Part shown: in pieces, positions 41,100 through 50,905 of the stretch
Position numbering within the stretch: position 1 is the stretch's first letter
Layout: every line of letters starts with the position of its first letter
Origin: Candidatus Latescibacterota bacterium
GTDB taxonomy: Bacteria; Latescibacterota; UBA2968; GCA-2709665
Direction: 5' to 3'
DNA length: 64,000 nucleotides
NCBI GenBank assembly: GCA_965237675.1
Contig: OZ250150.1
Location: forward strand, 992,001 to 1,056,000
The notes under the pieces: generated by a model
What the model saw: only the letters and a program-made list of their open reading frames with translations
Told to the model about the DNA's origin: nothing
Databases searched by the model: none
Made by a program: the position numbers and the translations under genes

Positions 41100-42722
41100 A
41101 TGGCGACATTTACTATTGATGGCAGTGAAATTGAGATCGTTCCTGGAAAGAACGTGCTTCAAACGGCAATCGACAACGGAGTATACGTTCCTCATTATTG
41201 CTACCACCCGGGGCTGAGCGCACCCGCGAACTGCCGTATGTGCCTTGTAGAGATGGAATTAGGTGGGCGGCGCAGCCTGGGACCTTCCTGTTCGGCCATG
41301 CCGGCCGAAGGGATGGTTGTGGATACGCAGTCCGATGTCGTAAAGAATAACCAGAATGCCGTGATGGAATTCCTGCTGATACATCATCCGCTGGACTGTC
41401 CGGTGTGCGATCAGGCCGGTGAGTGCGAACTGCAGGACTACAGCTATACGTATGGATCCGACAGAAGCCGGTTCCACGAAAAGAAGCTGGTGCAGCCCAA
41501 AAAAGATATCGGTAACCACGTGTTGTTGTATTCCGACCGGTGCATCCGATGTACCCGCTGCATCCGGTTCTGCGACGAGATTTCGGGCACCGGTGAACTG
41601 GGATATTTCAATCGGGGGGTCTATAACGAAATCGACGTCTTTCCGGGGGCCCGGATGGACAATCGCCTGTCGGGCAACACCGTGGATATCTGCCCCGTAG
41701 GCGCGTTGCTGGATAAGTCGTTTCTATTCAAGCAACGAGTGTGGTTCCTGAAGTCCGTGGACACGATCTGCCCGGGATGCAGCACGGGATGTAACATCAG
41801 GGCCGATTATAACAATGAGCGGATCTACCGCCTGGTGCCGCGTCAGAATCCGGAGGTGAACGAGTACTGGATGTGCGACGATGGTCGCCATGGGTGGGGT
41901 TATGTTCAAGACGACGACCGCCTGCTGTTTCCTATGGTGGGGCGCGGAGAAGCGCAGGAACTTGCATTGTGGGAGGTCGCGCTGGACGCTGCGAGGGAGG
42001 GATTCGAACGCGTTCGGGCGGAACACGGCGATAGCGCCGTGGCGGGGATTGCGTCGGCTCATCTGACCAACGAAGAGCATTTCCTGTTCGGCAGCCTCTT
42101 CCGGAGCGGGCTGGGGGGCGGTTCCGTTGCCGTTCGTACCAGAGTCAGCGACGAAGGCGACGTGGTGTTCAAGGGCGGATTCACCATTCACGCGGATAAG
42201 GCTCCGAATGCTCGCGGCGCGCGGGCCGTTCTGGAGGGTCTCGGGCTATCGCTGACCGAGACGTCCGAAATCTGGCGGGACGTGGCGGAGGGACGGATCA
42301 GGGGGCTCTATTTATTAGGTGGCGATCCTCTGGAGTCGATGTCGGACGAGGAACTCGCGGCCCTCGGAGCCCTGGATTTTCTGGTCGTTCAGGATGTCCT
42401 GTCCCGCCCTTGGACTGAGATGGCGGACGTGATCCTGCCGGGTGCGGCATTTATCGAAAAGGATGGCACGTTTACCAACGTCGATGGACGCGTGCAGCGT
42501 GTCCGTCAGGGGCTGGCGCCTGCCGGCGACGCCCGTGCGGATTGGGAAATCCTGCGAGATGTCATTCAGGCCATGGGCGGCGACGCCGTACAGACGCGGG
42601 TTGAGGAGGTTATGGCCGATTTGACAAGCACCGTTGCGGCCTTCGAGGGGATAAACTATGATGGCGTGGGTGATCAGGGCAGGCCGCTCCTTGAGATCGA
42701 AGCGGCCGGGACAGAACACTAG
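41100..42722 (+). CDS. nuoG: NADH-quinone oxidoreductase subunit G (short form)
   Basis: CYH...CRMC, HPLDCPVCDQAGEC, CIRCTRC, CPGCSTGC (N7-type) motifs. Confidence 0.92.
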   Translation: MATFTIDGSEIEIVPGKNVLQTAIDNGVYVPHYCYHPGLSAPANCRMCLVEMELGGRRSLGPSCSAMPAEGMVVDTQSDVVKNNQNAVMEFLLIHHPLDCPVCDQAGECELQDYSYTYGSDRSRFHEKKLVQPKKDIGNHVLLYSDRCIRCTRCIRFCDEISGTGELGYFNRGVYNEIDVFPGARMDNRLSGNTVDICPVGALLDKSFLFKQRVWFLKSVDTICPGCSTGCNIRADYNNERIYRLVPRQNPEVNEYWMCDDGRHGWGYVQDDDRLLFPMVGRGEAQELALWEVALDAAREGFERVRAEHGDSAVAGIASAHLTNEEHFLFGSLFRSGLGGGSVAVRTRVSDEGDVVFKGGFTIHADKAPNARGARAVLEGLGLSLTETSEIWRDVAEGRIRGLYLLGGDPLESMSDEELAALGALDFLVVQDVLSRPWTEMADVILPGAAFIEKDGTFTNVDGRVQRVRQGLAPAGDARADWEILRDVIQAMGGDAVQTRVEEVMADLTSTVAAFEGINYDGVGDQGRPLLEIEAAGTEH

Positions 42723-42730
42723 GCGCACAT

Positions 42731-43771
42731 ATGGATTTTGCGATTGAGAGTGCCATCAAAATAGGTGTGGTATTCGCCGGGATTCTGGGCGGGGTTGCCT
42801 ATCTCGTACTGGCCGAACGGAAAATCAGCGCGTATATCCAGAACCGTTTAGGTCCGAACCGCGTGGGGCCGTGGGGTTTGCTTCAGCCGCTTGCCGACGG
42901 CCTCAAGTTCCTGTTCAAGGAAGATGTGATTCCCCGGCATGTGAACCGCTTCGTTTATCTCGCCGCGCCGCCCGCCATCCTCGTCCCCGCGTTGATGGGT
43001 TTTGCCATCGTGCCGTTCGGCGATACCATTACGCTGTGGGGCCGGGAGGTCCGCCTGCAGATCGCGGATCTGAACATTGGCATTCTTTACCTGTTGGCGC
43101 TGGCGTCTCTGGGAGTCTACGGGGTCGTGCTGGGTGGCTGGGCGTCCAACAACAAGTATGCCCTGCTGGGCGGGCTGCGTGCGTCCGCCCAGATGATCAG
43201 CTACGAACTGGCGCTGGGGCTGTCGCTGGTTGGCGTACTGATGGCCGCGGGCACCCTTCAACTGGATGAAATCGTCAGACAGCAGTCGGAGCAGACCCTG
43301 TTCGGTTTTTTGCCGAGATGGAATGTGTTCACCCAACCTCTGGGTTTCGTGTTGTTTACCGCGGCCGCGTTCGCCGAGTGCAACCGGCTGCCGTTCGATC
43401 TTCCGGAATCGGAACAGGAATTGGTGGCCGGATATCACGCCGAGTACAGCAGTATGAAGTTCGCCATGTTCTTTATGGCGGAGTACGCCCACATGATAAC
43501 GGCGTCTGCCGTTATAGCCACATTGTTCTTCGGCGGCTGGCATATGCCCTGGCTGGTGGATCCGGGGAATACCTCCACCGTCGCCAGTCTGCTCAAAGTA
43601 CTCGCGTTTTTGGTTAAGACCGGATTCTTCATGTTTTTATTCGTGTGGGTACGCTGGACCCTTCCGCGTTTTCGATACGACCAGGTGATGTGGTTGGGGT
43701 GGAAGGTGTTGCTGCCGCTGGCGCTTCTGAACGTCTTCTTAACCGGGCTGTTTTTGACGCTTGCGAACTGA
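42731..43771 (+). CDS. nuoH: NADH-quinone oxidoreductase subunit H
   Basis: ERK....Q.RLGPNRVG, AQMISYE, NRLPFDLPE.E.ELVAGY, PRFRYDQ. Confidence 0.96.
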   Translation: MDFAIESAIKIGVVFAGILGGVAYLVLAERKISAYIQNRLGPNRVGPWGLLQPLADGLKFLFKEDVIPRHVNRFVYLAAPPAILVPALMGFAIVPFGDTITLWGREVRLQIADLNIGILYLLALASLGVYGVVLGGWASNNKYALLGGLRASAQMISYELALGLSLVGVLMAAGTLQLDEIVRQQSEQTLFGFLPRWNVFTQPLGFVLFTAAAFAECNRLPFDLPESEQELVAGYHAEYSSMKFAMFFMAEYAHMITASAVIATLFFGGWHMPWLVDPGNTSTVASLLKVLAFLVKTGFFMFLFVWVRWTLPRFRYDQVMWLGWKVLLPLALLNVFLTGLFLTLAN

Positions 43772-43936
43772 GTGTTCTGTCCCGGAAATAGATCGCCAAA
43801 ATTCGGCCGCCGATTCATCCCGTCTCGCTGCGTTGCCATCACTCGCCGACCTTGCCCAGGTCGCCTCGCTCAGGCGCCTTGCGAGCTGGGCGACTCGGCG
43901 GCCGAATTTTGGCGATCTATTTCCGGGACAGAACAC
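43772..43936. mobile_element. MITE-like element, copy 1 (165 bp, 42-bp perfect TIRs)
   Basis: GTGTTCTGTCCCGGAAATAGATCGCCAAAATTCGGCCGCCGA and its reverse complement at the ends; flanked by TGA on both sides, the left TGA being the nuoH stop. Confidence 0.85.
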
Positions 43937-43961
43937 TGAGCGGCGCCCTGCGGGAGGGAGA

Positions 43962-44489
43962 ATGGAGCAGACCTTCTTTTTTGTTTTTGCCGCAATCGCC
44001 CTGGTTGCGGCCGTGCTCCTGGTCGCATTCCAAAATCCGGTGTACAGCGCCCTGTCTCTTGTGGCAACCTTCTTTGCCCTGGCAGGGCTTTTTGTTTTGC
44101 TGAATGCCTATTTCCTGGCGGCGGTCCAGGTGATCGTCTATGCCGGGGCGATTATGGTTCTCTTCCTGTTTGTGATTATGCTTCTGAACCTGGGCCAATC
44201 CGGCACGCTCGAGCGCGTCGCGGGAAAATATCGGCGGGCCGCCGTTGTATTGCTGGCAGCGGTACTGGTTGCACAACTGGGCTTCATGGCGGGACGGCGT
44301 TGGGGCGGCACACCGGTATCCGGAGAGGCCCCCCTGTTTACAGACAACATCCATACCATCGGTAAACTGTTATATACCAGGTTTCTGTTTCCATTCGAGG
44401 TGGTTTCAGTGATTCTGCTGGTGGCGCTGATTGGCGTGATGGTAATGGTGAAACGGGATCGTGAAGGCGGCGAAAACGAATCCCGATAG
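43962..44489 (+). CDS. nuoJ: NADH-quinone oxidoreductase subunit J
   Basis: [30 protein letters not shown]; ATG 43962 with GGAGG RBS. Confidence 0.95.
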   Translation: MEQTFFFVFAAIALVAAVLLVAFQNPVYSALSLVATFFALAGLFVLLNAYFLAAVQVIVYAGAIMVLFLFVIMLLNLGQSGTLERVAGKYRRAAVVLLAAVLVAQLGFMAGRRWGGTPVSGEAPLFTDNIHTIGKLLYTRFLFPFEVVSVILLVALIGVMVMVKRDREGGENESR

Positions 44490-44574
44490 ACGCTATCTAA
44501 AATGCACGTGCAGTCACCCGTCCGGTCGTCGTCTGAGATACGAATTCGGGATGGGTCTTTACAGTGAGATCGAG

Positions 44575-44880
44575 ATGGCCGTTCCGGTTTCCTATTACCT
44601 GATTCTGAGCGCGATGCTGTTCGCCATCGGCGTGACAGGCGTGCTGATTCGGCGCAATGCAATCGTGATTTTCATGTGTATCGAATTAATGCTGAACGCG
44701 GTTAATCTGTTGTTCGTGGCAATGGCGCGGTATATGGGTTCGGGTTCCGGTCAGGTATTCGTGTTTTTCGTCATGGCGGTTTCCGCCGCCGAGGTGGCAG
44801 TCGGTCTGGCGATAATAATTTCGCTATACAGGAATAGACAGACACTGGATGTGGGTGAGGTGAATCTGCTGAAATGGTAG
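44575..44880 (+). CDS. nuoK: NADH-quinone oxidoreductase subunit K
   Basis: [19 protein letters not shown]. Confidence 0.95.
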   Translation: MAVPVSYYLILSAMLFAIGVTGVLIRRNAIVIFMCIELMLNAVNLLFVAMARYMGSGSGQVFVFFVMAVSAAEVAVGLAIIISLYRNRQTLDVGEVNLLKW

Positions 44881-44940
44881 GCGCCGAGAGATATCAAAAC
44901 CACAATCCATCTTTTTCTGTTTGAACTGAGTGGGCCTACA

Positions 44941-46800
44941 ATGTTGACCGTGGTGATTCTGATTATTCTCTTTCCGCTCGTCGGGGCGGCCGTTAACGGA
45001 TTGTTCGGGTATCGGCTGCGAGAGGCGTCGGGGTATATCGGTGTGGCGGCGGTGGGACTCTCGTGGGTTCTGTCGCTTCGGGTTCTGGTCTGGGTGCTGG
45101 GCGGCGGTGGATTGAACGAAGACGTATACGCGTGGATCGCAGCCGGGTCGTTCAAGGCTGCGGTAGGGTTTCAGGTCGATGCGCTATCGACCCTAATGAT
45201 CGTAACGGTTACGACAATCTCGTTCCTGATCCATGTGTATTCTTTCGGATACATGCGCAACGACCCTGGCTTCGCCAGATTCTTCGCTTATCTGAACCTG
45301 TTTGTGTTTTCGATGCTGCTGCTGGTACTCGCGAACAATTACGTGCTGATGTTTGTGGGTTGGGAAGGGGTAGGGCTTTGTTCATACCTCCTGATCGGTT
45401 TCTGGTATGAGCGGAAATCCGCATCGGATGCCGGCAAGAAGGCGTTTATCGTGAACCGGATTGGGGATTTCGGCTTCCTGCTTGGCATTTTTCTGATGGT
45501 CAGTTACCTGGGCACGGTGCAGTTCACAGAGGTTTTTGAAAAGGCGCCCGTGATGTTATCCACGGGGGTCGCGACGGCGATTGCGCTGCTGCTTTTTTTG
45601 GGAGCCTGCGGAAAGTCGGCGCAGTTTCCACTTTATGTCTGGCTGCCCGACGCAATGGAAGGCCCAACCCCCGTGAGTTCGTTGATACACGCGGCCACAA
45701 TGGTCACAGCGGGTGTCTATATGGTGGCGCGTTCGAACGTGCTCTATACGCTCGCGCCTACGGCGGGCGCGGTGGTGGCCTGGGTCGGCGTTGCCACGGC
45801 GATACTGGCGGCGACAATCGCGCTGGTGAATACCGACATCAAACGGGTACTGGCCTATTCAACGGTCAGCCAGCTGGGGTTTATGTTCATTGGTGTGGGA
45901 GTTGGCGCATATACGGCCGGAATTTTCCACCTGTTCACACACGCGTTTTTCAAGGGGTTGATGTTTCTGGCCGCGGGCAGTGTGATGCATGCGATGCAGG
46001 ATGAACTGGATATGCGGAAGATGGGCGGGCTCCTGGGCAAGATGCGGGTAACGGGCGTCACATTCTGGGTCGGCGCGCTCGCCATCGCGGGAATTCCGCC
46101 GCTGGCCGGATTCTGGAGCAAGGACGAGATTCTGGTGAGTGCGTACCGTTCCGGGAACACGGCGATCTGGTTGTTGGGCGTCGCGGGGGCGGCCCTGACG
46201 GCTTTTTACATGTTCCGGCTGATCCTTATGACGTTCCACGGAAGACCCCGGGATCAACATCTGTACGACCACGCTCACGAGTCGCCGTGGAACATGAAAG
46301 CGCCGCTGGTTGTGCTGGCGCTCGGTTCAGCCGTCGTGGGTTTCGTGGGCGTTCCGCCGGGGCATGGTTGGATAGATGCGTTCCTGAGCGATGCGGCTGG
46401 CGGGGCCCACAATGCGGCATCTGGCGGGCTGTCCGGCGGAGTGTTGATGGGTATTTCAATCTCGGCGGGCCTGTTGGGAATCGGATTCGCGTACGGGATG
46501 CACAGAGCCGGTAGGCTGGGATCGGCGTCCTCAAATCCGCTGCATGGATTGCTGACGCGCAAGTGGTACGTCGACGAGATCTACCACGCCCTGATCGTGC
46601 ATCCGATTCATTGGCTTTCGCTGGCATTGTCGCGCGTTCTTGATGCGATTGTGGTGGATGGGATCGTGAACGGGCTGGGGTTGTTCGTGAAAGGCGCGGG
46701 CTGGGTCGTTACCCGCTTTCAATCGGGCAATGCACCCACTTATGCGCTTTGGATGGTGCTTGGCGTGGTCGCGGTACTGTACTATGTGTCAGGGAATTGA
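44941..46800 (+). CDS. nuoL: NADH-quinone oxidoreductase subunit L
   Basis: GWEGVG.CSY.LIGFW, KSAQFPL..WLPDAMEGPTPVS, HAFFK, FWSKD; C-terminal lateral-helix region. Confidence 0.96.
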   Translation: MLTVVILIILFPLVGAAVNGLFGYRLREASGYIGVAAVGLSWVLSLRVLVWVLGGGGLNEDVYAWIAAGSFKAAVGFQVDALSTLMIVTVTTISFLIHVYSFGYMRNDPGFARFFAYLNLFVFSMLLLVLANNYVLMFVGWEGVGLCSYLLIGFWYERKSASDAGKKAFIVNRIGDFGFLLGIFLMVSYLGTVQFTEVFEKAPVMLSTGVATAIALLLFLGACGKSAQFPLYVWLPDAMEGPTPVSSLIHAATMVTAGVYMVARSNVLYTLAPTAGAVVAWVGVATAILAATIALVNTDIKRVLAYSTVSQLGFMFIGVGVGAYTAGIFHLFTHAFFKGLMFLAAGSVMHAMQDELDMRKMGGLLGKMRVTGVTFWVGALAIAGIPPLAGFWSKDEILVSAYRSGNTAIWLLGVAGAALTAFYMFRLILMTFHGRPRDQHLYDHAHESPWNMKAPLVVLALGSAVVGFVGVPPGHGWIDAFLSDAAGGAHNAASGGLSGGVLMGISISAGLLGIGFAYGMHRAGRLGSASSNPLHGLLTRKWYVDEIYHALIVHPIHWLSLALSRVLDAIVVDGIVNGLGLFVKGAGWVVTRFQSGNAPTYALWMVLGVVAVLYYVSGN

Positions 46801-46899
46801 AATTCATTTGCGCCCGAATCGCGCGGACAGGTTCACATTCCCGGCCCCGCGAAACCCTGCATACGATTTTTCCATTGCGCGATATGAGGAATTAAACCT

Positions 46900-48420
46900 A
46901 TGCCTGGACTCCTTACAGGCTTGATTTTTATACCGTTGGTTGGCGGCGTGTTGGTTCTGGTCCTGGGTCGCGGGCGTGACGGGCTCAGCCGTGGGTTCGC
47001 CCTGGCGGTGGCATTGGTGAATTTGCTGCTGTCCGTTTTGTTATATGTCAATTTCAGAGCAGGCGCCCCGGGGATGCAGTTTGTAGAGCGAATGGAGTGG
47101 GTGGGGTCGTTCGGCATCTCCTATTTCGTGGGGATCGACGGGATCAGTCTGTTGCTGGTATTGGTGACCACCCTGCTCACGTTTCTGGCGATTCTCTCTT
47201 CGTGGACGTCAATTACATCCCGGGTGCGGGAGTATATGGCCGCGATGCTGCTGCTGGAAACCGGGATGATTGGGGTGTTTTGCGCGCTGGATCTGTTCCT
47301 CTTCTATGTGTTCTGGGAGGCCATGCTGATTCCGATGTATCTGTTGATCGGCGTCTGGGGCGGAGAACGCCGGATCTACGCGGCGGTGAAATTCGTGCTC
47401 TTTACCCTTGCCGGCAGCCTGATGATGCTCGTGGCGATTGTCTATCTCGGGCTGGAGTTTGGCACCTTTGACCTGATGGTGCTTCAGAAAGTGACGTTTC
47501 TTCACCCGGAACAGAACTGGCTCTTCCTCGCGTTTTTCCTGAGTTTCGCCATCAAGGTGCCGCTGATTCCGCTTCATACCTGGTTACCGGACGCGCATGT
47601 GGAGGCGCCAACTGCGGCCAGCGTGATCCTCGCGGGCGTTCTGCTGAAGATGGGAACCTACGGGTTGGTTCGATTCTGCCTGCCATTGTTTCCGGTTGCC
47701 GCGTTCTACTTCACCCCATACATAATGGCACTTTCCGTGATCGGTATCGTATACGGCGCCCTGGTGGCGATGGTACAGACGGATATCAAGAAACTGGTGG
47801 CTTATTCGAGCGTGAGCCACCTGGGTTTTGTGGTCCTGGGTATTTTTTCGATGAACACACAGGGAATGCAGGGCGGAATTATTCAGATGGTGAACCACGG
47901 GTTGTCAACGGGGGCGTTGTTTTTGATTGTGGGCATGCTATATGAACGCAGGCATACGCGGCTGATTGCAGATTTTGGCGGGTTGGCCAAATCCATTCCG
48001 GTATTCGCCACGTTCTTTTTGATTACGACACTATCGTCCATTGGGTTGCCGGGGCTGAACGGGTTTGTGGGTGAGTTCTTGATCCTTTTGGGAGCCTTTA
48101 AGGCGAACATGGTATTCGGCATCATTGCCGCCTCGGGTGTCGTGCTGGCGGCCGTGTATATGTTATGGATGTTCCAGCGCGTGGTATGGGGCGAGATAAA
48201 GGATGAACAAAATCGCAAACTGCCAGATATGTCCATACGGGAATGGTTTATCATGGTGCCGCTGGTGGCGCTGATGTTCTGGATAGGCCTGTACCCGCGG
48301 ACGTTTTTGGAGAAAACGGAGTTGTCCGCGAAACGCGTGATAGAGCAGGTGCGCATCCGGCAAATCGAAGGCTCCAACAATCCCTTCGCGGCGGTTCAAT
48401 CGCGTGAAAAATTCAGATAA
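46900..48420 (+). CDS. nuoM: NADH-quinone oxidoreductase subunit M
   Basis: FYVFWE, HTWLPDAHVEAPT, LLKMG.YG, AYSSVSH, GFVGEF. Confidence 0.96.
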   Translation: MPGLLTGLIFIPLVGGVLVLVLGRGRDGLSRGFALAVALVNLLLSVLLYVNFRAGAPGMQFVERMEWVGSFGISYFVGIDGISLLLVLVTTLLTFLAILSSWTSITSRVREYMAAMLLLETGMIGVFCALDLFLFYVFWEAMLIPMYLLIGVWGGERRIYAAVKFVLFTLAGSLMMLVAIVYLGLEFGTFDLMVLQKVTFLHPEQNWLFLAFFLSFAIKVPLIPLHTWLPDAHVEAPTAASVILAGVLLKMGTYGLVRFCLPLFPVAAFYFTPYIMALSVIGIVYGALVAMVQTDIKKLVAYSSVSHLGFVVLGIFSMNTQGMQGGIIQMVNHGLSTGALFLIVGMLYERRHTRLIADFGGLAKSIPVFATFFLITTLSSIGLPGLNGFVGEFLILLGAFKANMVFGIIAASGVVLAAVYMLWMFQRVVWGEIKDEQNRKLPDMSIREWFIMVPLVALMFWIGLYPRTFLEKTELSAKRVIEQVRIRQIEGSNNPFAAVQSREKFR

Positions 48421-48480
48421 ATCGATCCGAAGATCAGATGTGTTCGGCCATTGCCGGGCATGGGCGAGAGGAGACGGGGT

Positions 48481-48966
48481 TTGAGAATTCTCCTGAGTCT
48501 GGGCGTTGTTTTGCTTGGGGTATGGCTGCTCTGGTCGGGGCATTATTCCATCGTCCACAGCCTGGTTCTCACACTTGGAATCGTTTCCTGTCTGGCGGTG
48601 GTCGCCATCGTGCGGCGTATGGGCATCGCCGATTCCGAGGGACATCCGATTCACCTGGTGGGTCGCGCGTTTGGATACGTTCCGTGGTTGCTGCTTGCCA
48701 TTTTTCGGTCCAATATTGATGTGGCTTTACGAATTCTGCATCCACGACTGCCCATCAGCCCGACCCTGATTCGTACCAGGGCAAGCCAGAAACACGCGCT
48801 GGGGAAGGTTATTTACGCCAACTCCATAACACTGACTCCCGGAACGGTGTCAGTGGAGGTGGACGACGACATGATTCTTGTTCACGCGCTCTCTCGGGAA
48901 AGCGCCGAGGAACTCCAGGAAGGCGAGATGGATCGCCGCGTTACGGCAATGGAAGGAACTTCCTGA
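48481..48966 (+). CDS. mnhE: Mrp/Mnh Na+/H+ antiporter subunit E
   Basis: ANSITLTPGT, VHAL; TTG 48481 after GAGGAG. Confidence 0.9.
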   Translation: MRILLSLGVVLLGVWLLWSGHYSIVHSLVLTLGIVSCLAVVAIVRRMGIADSEGHPIHLVGRAFGYVPWLLLAIFRSNIDVALRILHPRLPISPTLIRTRASQKHALGKVIYANSITLTPGTVSVEVDDDMILVHALSRESAEELQEGEMDRRVTAMEGTS

Positions 48967-49253
48967 TGTTTGCGGCGGCAATGGCGGCAATCCTTATAAC
49001 AATGGCCCTTGCTCTGGTTCGGGCGTTTGCGGGTCCCACGGTTTACGACCGTATCCTGGCCGCAAATATGTTCGGCACCAAGATGATTCTTTTGATTGCG
49101 GTACTGGGCTTTCTCACCGGCAGGCCGGACTTTCTTGACCTGGCTCTGATCTACGTCCTTCTTAACTTCATCGGGACATTCGCCGTACTCAAGTACGTGC
49201 AATTCGACGATTTCGGATCGGCCGGCGGCGAGAGTGGAGAAACGCACAAATGA
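48966..49253 (+). CDS. mnhF: Mrp/Mnh subunit F
   Basis: GPT..DRILA, D.AL.Y.LLNF.GT. Confidence 0.9.
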   Translation: MFAAAMAAILITMALALVRAFAGPTVYDRILAANMFGTKMILLIAVLGFLTGRPDFLDLALIYVLLNFIGTFAVLKYVQFDDFGSAGGESGETHK

Positions 49254-49567
49254 TGGTTCACGATGTCGCGAGTTGGATCTGTTTGCTCGTGGGCTCGCTC
49301 TTCTGTGTTGTGGGCGCTATCGGGCTTCTCAGGTTTCCCGATTTTTACAGCCGGATGCACGGTGCCGGAATTACCGATACACTCGGCGCCGGGCTTGTGC
49401 TTGTGGGGCTGATGGTCCAGGGCGGACTCAGCATGGTAACCGTCAAACTGTTTCTGATCCTGATGCTTCTCCTTCTCACCAGCCCTGCGTCGACCCACGC
49501 GGTCGCAAAGGCCGCCTTCACCTCCGGGTTGAAGCCACTGCTTCAGGAGGATAGCCACCGACAATGA
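49250..49567 (+). CDS. mnhG: Mrp/Mnh subunit G
   Basis: GLLRFPDFY.R.H, T.P...HA. Confidence 0.9.
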   Translation: MMVHDVASWICLLVGSLFCVVGAIGLLRFPDFYSRMHGAGITDTLGAGLVLVGLMVQGGLSMVTVKLFLILMLLLLTSPASTHAVAKAAFTSGLKPLLQEDSHRQ

Positions 49568-50133
49568 TCGAACTGATAGACGTTGTTTTGCTGGCTTTCA
49601 TGGCGGCCACCGCCGTCGCCGTCGTCCTGATCCGCAATCTGCTCGCCTCCGTGATCCTGGCCGGGATTTTCAGCTTGCTTTCCGCCGGGATTTTTACCGT
49701 GATGGACGCCGTCGACGTGGCCTTTACCGAGGCCGCCGTGGGCGCGGGAATCTCGACCGTGCTTCTGATCGGGACCCTGATGCTGACTACCAGGGAGGAA
49801 AAGAAGCCGTCCCGACCGTCTCCGCTGCCCCTTCTGGTGGTTCTGGCGACCGGGGCGGTCCTGATCTACGGCACGCTGGACATGCCGCGTCTCGGCGACG
49901 CCGGAGCTCCGGTTCACACCCATATAGCGCCGGAATATCTCAAAGATACCGTGCCGCACCTCAGCGGCTCAGCAAAGAGAGTCGGCGTTGAAAATATCGT
50001 GACTTCGGTGCTTGCCAGCTACAGAGGATACGATACGCTTGGCGAAACCACGGTGATCCTTTGCGCGGGCATCGGGGTGTTGCTGTTGCTGAAGGGATCC
50101 AGGCCGGGACGCGACCGGGAGGACGGGCGGTGA
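49564..50133 (+). CDS. DUF4040 / MrpA C-terminal-like Mrp subunit
   Basis: A.DVAFTEAAVGAG, NIVTSVLASYRGYDTLGE. Confidence 0.88.
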   Translation: MIELIDVVLLAFMAATAVAVVLIRNLLASVILAGIFSLLSAGIFTVMDAVDVAFTEAAVGAGISTVLLIGTLMLTTREEKKPSRPSPLPLLVVLATGAVLIYGTLDMPRLGDAGAPVHTHIAPEYLKDTVPHLSGSAKRVGVENIVTSVLASYRGYDTLGETTVILCAGIGVLLLLKGSRPGRDREDGR

Positions 50134-50549
50134 AGAATCAGATCATTCCGCGTGTAATTGCGAAGCTATTCATCCCGCTTATCCTTCTGTTTGCGTTCTA
50201 CGTCCAGTTTCACGGCGATTTCGGGCCGGGGGGCGGGTTCCAGGCCGGTGTGATTTTTGCGGCGGGGTTTGTGCTATACACGCTGATATACGGCCTGGAC
50301 GAGGCGAAGCGGGTGGCCAGGCCCGCCGTCGTGGAAATTGTCATTGCCCTCGGTCTGCTCCTGTATGCAGGCACCGGGGTCGTGGGGATGATAAAGGGTG
50401 GCCGCTATCTGGACTACGGCGTGCTGGGAGCGGATCCGGTGCACGGCCAGCATTTGGGTATTCTTTTAATCGAACTCGGAGTGGGGATCACCGTGGCTTC
50501 GGTGATTATCGGGGTCTTCTTCGCCTTTGTCGGCAGGAAACGACCATGA
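50130..50549 (+). CDS. mnhB: Mrp/Mnh subunit B
   Basis: HG..GPGGGFQAG; GTG 50130 overlaps the upstream stop. Confidence 0.9.
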   Translation: MKNQIIPRVIAKLFIPLILLFAFYVQFHGDFGPGGGFQAGVIFAAGFVLYTLIYGLDEAKRVARPAVVEIVIALGLLLYAGTGVVGMIKGGRYLDYGVLGADPVHGQHLGILLIELGVGITVASVIIGVFFAFVGRKRP

Positions 50550-50905
50550 CGGCATTCCCGGGTTTATACAACTATTGGATCGTAGTTGTCCTGATGATGA
50601 TCGGATTCTATGCGGTGATCACCAGCGGCAACCTGGTCAAGAAACTGATCGGCCTGAATATCTTTCAGACTTCGGTCTTCCTGTTCTACATCAGCATGGG
50701 CAGAGTCTCCGGCGGGAGCGCGCCGATTGTCGCAGAGGGGGTGCAAAGCTATTCGAACCCGCTGCCGCATGTGCTCATTCTGACGGCAATTGTCGTCGGT
50801 ATCGCTACTACGTCTCTCGGGTTGGCGCTGGTGGTGCGGATTCAGGAAGCCTATGGCACAATAGAAGAAGAGGAAATCTACGGTCAGGGTGAGGAGTTCC
50901 CCTGA
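50546..50905 (+). CDS. mnhC: Mrp/Mnh subunit C
   Basis: NLVKKLIGL, NPLPHVLILTAIVVG. Confidence 0.92.
   Translation: MTAFPGLYNYWIVVVLMMIGFYAVITSGNLVKKLIGLNIFQTSVFLFYISMGRVSGGSAPIVAEGVQSYSNPLPHVLILTAIVVGIATTSLGLALVVRIQEAYGTIEEEEIYGQGEEFP

Noticed and set aside
43761-43961. 67-aa N-terminal extension of NuoJ in the ORF track
   Set aside because: It is translated MITE sequence; the real start is ATG 43962 with a GGAGG RBS.
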